Source: Raphidiopsis brookii D9
GTDB taxonomy: Bacteria; Cyanobacteriota; Cyanobacteriia; Cyanobacteriales; Nostocaceae
Assembly (NCBI GenBank): GCA_000175855.1
Contig: ACYB01000005.1
Coordinates: forward strand, 1 to 32,000
DNA: 32,000 bases
Direction: 5' to 3'
Part shown: one piece after another, positions 29,287 through 32,000 of the stretch
How positions within the stretch are numbered: position 1 is the stretch's first letter
How the letters are laid out: every line of letters begins with the position of its first letter
Position numbers and translations under genes: made by a program
Notes under the pieces: generated by a model
Seen by the model: only the letters and a program-made list of their open reading frames with translations
Told to the model about the DNA's origin: nothing
Databases searched by the model: none

Positions 29287-30371
29287 ATGCAAATTGGTGT
29301 TCCTAAAGAAACTAAAGATCAAGAATTTCGCGTAGGTTTAACTCCTGCCAGCGTACGTGTTATTACTGAAAACAACCATAGTGTATTTATCGAAACTATG
29401 GCTGGTTATCCTGCGGGCTTTACGGATGAAGATTACCTGGCAGCAGGGGCACAAATAGTAGCATCTGCCGAATCGGCATGGCATCAAGATCTAGTTGTTA
29501 AGGTAAAAGAGCCATTAAGAAGTGAGTATCAATTTTTACGAAAAGATTTAGTACTGTTTACCTATTTACATTTAGCTGCTGACAGGGAACTAACAGAACA
29601 TTTGATAGATTCGGGAACTTGTGCAATTGCTTACGAAACCGTGGAGCAGGTGGGTACCAATAGACTTCCCTTACTGACACCAATGAGTATTATTGCAGGA
29701 AGATTAGCAGTACAATTTGGTGCCAGGTTTTTGGAAAGTCAACAGGGAGGTAGAGGAGTACTTTTGGGGGTGTTCCCGGAGTTAAGCCCGGTAAAGTGGT
29801 AATTTTAGGCGGTGGTGTGGTGGGGACAGAAGCTGCTAAAATTGCTGTGGGTATGGGCGCTGGGGTGCAAATTTTAGATGTGAATGTGGAGCGACTCTCC
29901 TATTTAGAAACCCTATTTGGTTCAAGAGTGGAACTGCTCTACAGCAATTCTGCCCAAATAGAAGCAGTTGTTAGAGAAGCTGATTTGCTAATTGGTGCAG
30001 TGTTAATCCCAGGAAAAAAAGCTCCAATTTTAGTTCCTCGGAAATTGGTTAAACAAATGCGTCCTGGGTCTGTAATTGTGGATGTAGCTGTAGACCAGGG
30101 TGGATGTGTGGAAACCCTATACCCCACATCCCATAGCAACCCAGTGTATGTTGATGAAGGAATTGTACACTATGGTGTTCCTAATATGCCAGGAGCTGTT
30201 CCTTGGACATCTACGCAAGCACTAAACAACAGTACTTTACCATACGTGTTACAACTAGCTAACTTAGGGCTAGAAGCATTAGAAGTTAACTCAGCTTTAG
30301 CCAAGGGTTTAAATATCAAAAGTCATCATCTCTTACACCCTGCGGTACAGGAGGTATTCCCAGATCTATAG
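29287..30371 (+). pseudogene. ald: Alanine dehydrogenase, split into two ORFs by a 1-nt frameshift in a G-run
   Basis: ORFs 29287..29802 and 29796..30371 together form a ~361 aa Ald (MQIGVPKETKDQEFRVGLTP...; NAD site VVILGGGVVG). Adding one G to the run 29766-29770 restores ...GVLLGGVPGVKPGKVVILGGG... Length 1085 nt = 362 codons - 1. Confidence 0.9.
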
Positions 30372-30812
30372 CTTTAGCTCTTGACATTTTGCATTAGCTT
30401 TTTCATAAGCATCTAAGTAATATTGATCACCCAACATTAAATCACCGTAATACTGGTAGGGTGGATCAGTATATATTGGTAAAGGATTGTCTTCTGGATA
30501 GTCTTCTTCTGATTCTTCGAGAATTGCTTTTAATTTCTTCAGGGTTAAAACTTGTGCGGGGAAATACCAAATATTTTCAGCTTTTCTTTGCAAATAGGCA
30601 AAACTAGGATCGATAATCACATCTTCTAATTCTATCCAAGCATGTTCTATAGGTTTATATGGGTGTCCGGTCAAGGCTAAAAAGCCTTGAACATATTTAG
30701 CACCTTCTGTTACTAGTAATGCTTTATATGCGTTTTCAAAAGGTTTCTTAGCTTGACTTTTGATAGTTTGAGCAACCTGTAAAGACAGGGATTCGTTTAA
30801 TAATTTGCTCAT
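30366..30812 (-). CDS. Hypothetical protein
   Basis: 148-aa ORF with coding-like composition and an acidic, Tyr/Pro-rich C-terminal part. Contains HAWIELEDVIIDP (see findings). Its 3' end overlaps the convergent ald by 6 nt. Confidence 0.5.
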   Translation of the reverse strand: MSKLLNESLSLQVAQTIKSQAKKPFENAYKALLVTEGAKYVQGFLALTGHPYKPIEHAWIELEDVIIDPSFAYLQRKAENIWYFPAQVLTLKKLKAILEESEEDYPEDNPLPIYTDPPYQYYGDLMLGDQYYLDAYEKANAKCQELKL

Positions 30813-30848
30813 GGTAAGTTAGTTATTTTTAAGGAAAAGGGGACCAAA

Positions 30849-30868
30849 ACTATAAAACACTATAAAAC
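30849..30868. repeat. Perfect 10-bp tandem repeat ACTATAAAAC x2 upstream of the 30366..30812 gene
   Basis: Units at 30849-30858 and 30859-30868. On the minus strand each unit contains a TATAGT (-10-like) hexamer. Confidence 0.9.
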
Positions 30869-31007
30869 TAAAAACAAGCGACCAGAACCCCATGCTAACT
30901 TTGCCATGATGAAATGATCGCTCTTATCCAATTAATCAATTGACACCTAGCCAAAGGAATCAATTGTTATCATCTTATATCAACATCAGATAACGGGGGA
31001 TAGAGTG

Positions 31008-32000
31008 TTACCCCCATAGGGTGTCTGACCCCCCATGGGATGGTGTTGGTTGTAGTATTTGTTGCAAGGTGGGAGCTAAGTTGGGCAAAGGTACTTCTAT
31101 TTGCTCTCCCGTACTCAAATCCTTTAAGCATGATTTGGCGTTAGCAGCTTCCTGACTACCAATGATGACACAAAATCTAATTCCCTGTTTATCTGCTAAC
31201 TGAAATTGCTTACCTAATTGTTTTTTCTCAAAGTTAGTGACAACATTAATTCCCGCTCGTCTTAATTGTTGTGACACCTGTAAATAAATGGGCATTAGGT
31301 CTTCTTGAATATTTACTACCATTACTTGAGCGGGTGTGGGTGGTAATTTCTGTAAAATATCGGCTTTTAATAATCGATTAATTAGTCTAGATAGTCCTAT
31401 GGAGATCCCTACTCCTGGCATTTTTTCACCCAAAAATATTCCCACTAGTTCTTCATATCTACCACCAGAACAAATACTACCAAGGGATTCATGTCCAATT
31501 AGGGTGGTTTCATAAACGGTTCCTGTGTAGTAGTTTAACCCACGCGCAATGGATAAGTCAATACAGAAACGTTGGGCGGGTACTCCTAAATTCTTCACTC
31601 CATCAATTACCGCTTCTAATTCACTTACTCCTAAGTTTAAGTTAAATCCTTCCGCTTGGGGTAAATTTACTGCTAGATGTTTGAGTTTGTCTAAAACATC
31701 ATCCACATTGCCATCAATGTTGATAAATTCAATTATCTTTTGGCTTTGTTCTAAAGAAATACCAGTTTTTTCTAGCTCCTGTTGAACTTGAGATTCACCA
31801 ATTTTTTCTAGGTTATCAATAATACCAATACAAGTTTTAATTTGCTCCTGGGCAACCCCCAGAGATTGAAAAAAGCCCGAGAGAATTTTGCGGTTATTAA
31901 TACGAATGACAAAATCACCAATATTAATGGCTGCAAATATTTCCGTGATAATTGCTGGCATTTGGGCATCGTATAACAAACTTAGCTTGTCTCGACCAAC
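31008..32000 (-). CDS. hisS: Histidine--tRNA ligase, C-terminal ~330 codons (5' end lies beyond the window)
   Basis: Class II motif 3 region (GGRYEELVGIF...PGVGISIGLSRL) and a C-terminal anticodon-binding domain. The frame stays open to the window edge. Confidence 0.93.
   Translation of the reverse strand, partial: VGRDKLSLLYDAQMPAIITEIFAAINIGDFVIRINNRKILSGFFQSLGVAQEQIKTCIGIIDNLEKIGESQVQQELEKTGISLEQSQKIIEFINIDGNVDDVLDKLKHLAVNLPQAEGFNLNLGVSELEAVIDGVKNLGVPAQRFCIDLSIARGLNYYTGTVYETTLIGHESLGSICSGGRYEELVGIFLGEKMPGVGISIGLSRLINRLLKADILQKLPPTPAQVMVVNIQEDLMPIYLQVSQQLRRAGINVVTNFEKKQLGKQFQLADKQGIRFCVIIGSQEAANAKSCLKDLSTGEQIEVPLPNLAPTLQQILQPTPSHGGSDTLWG

Noticed and set aside
5887-30371. Programmed ribosomal frameshifting or transcriptional slippage as the explanation for the split genes
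   Set aside because: The genes involved (prmA, dapF, rsmD, ald, the antiporter) are not known to use recoding. No slippery heptamer or stimulatory structure is evident. Five independent recoding events in 30 kb is implausible compared with run-length miscalls.
9253-30868. Short tandem or direct repeats considered as CRISPR or minisatellite arrays
   Set aside because: Each has only two units of 7-11 bp, with no spacers of CRISPR size and no cas genes.
30995-31015. GGGGG-N11-CCCCC hairpin at the hisS 3' end, considered as a terminator
   Set aside because: The stem is only 5 bp with an 11-nt loop, it overlaps the stop codon, and no T-tract follows on the minus strand.

Overview
Cyanobacterial chromosomal core region. 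Evidence for the assignment: 12 copies of the HIP1 octamer GCGATCGC, plus petG, an HLIP gene, ycf54, a cyanobacterial-type hfq and a membrane-anchored c-type cytochrome. A multi-AMIN-domain AmiC amidase next to murI suggests a filamentous Nostocales-type genome. By eye the non-rRNA part is about 40% GC.

The window opens inside an rrn operon: the 3' ~1.8 kb of 23S rRNA, then 5S rRNA, then a strong intrinsic terminator. About 35 protein genes follow, almost all housekeeping: serA, prmA, trx, murI, amiC, two cation/proton antiporters, dapF, hfq, thiS, mutS, an AI-2E transporter, a NUDIX hydrolase, folD, crtE, a divergent PAP2 protein, ycf54, pdxJ, rsmD, hisH, ald and hisS.

I found no tRNA, CRISPR array, defence or toxin island, biosynthetic cluster or convincing novel multi-gene system. 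This looks like ordinary core genome.

Points worth a second look:
1. Five conserved genes (prmA, an NhaS3-like antiporter, dapF, rsmD, ald) are broken by single-base length changes in homopolymer runs. Three more genes (serA, a Kef-type antiporter, the AI-2E transporter) appear to carry compensated double frameshifts that scramble 3-6 residues of conserved motifs. The likeliest cause is homopolymer sequencing error; the less likely alternative is real gene decay.
2. A decayed IS200/IS605-family tnpA relic, with its 5' hairpin, sits directly upstream of petG.
3. Two real short genes fall below the ORF-track cutoff: petG (37 aa) and an HLIP (57 aa).
4. Several short perfect tandem or inverted repeats lie in promoter regions, and a few conserved proteins have unknown function.
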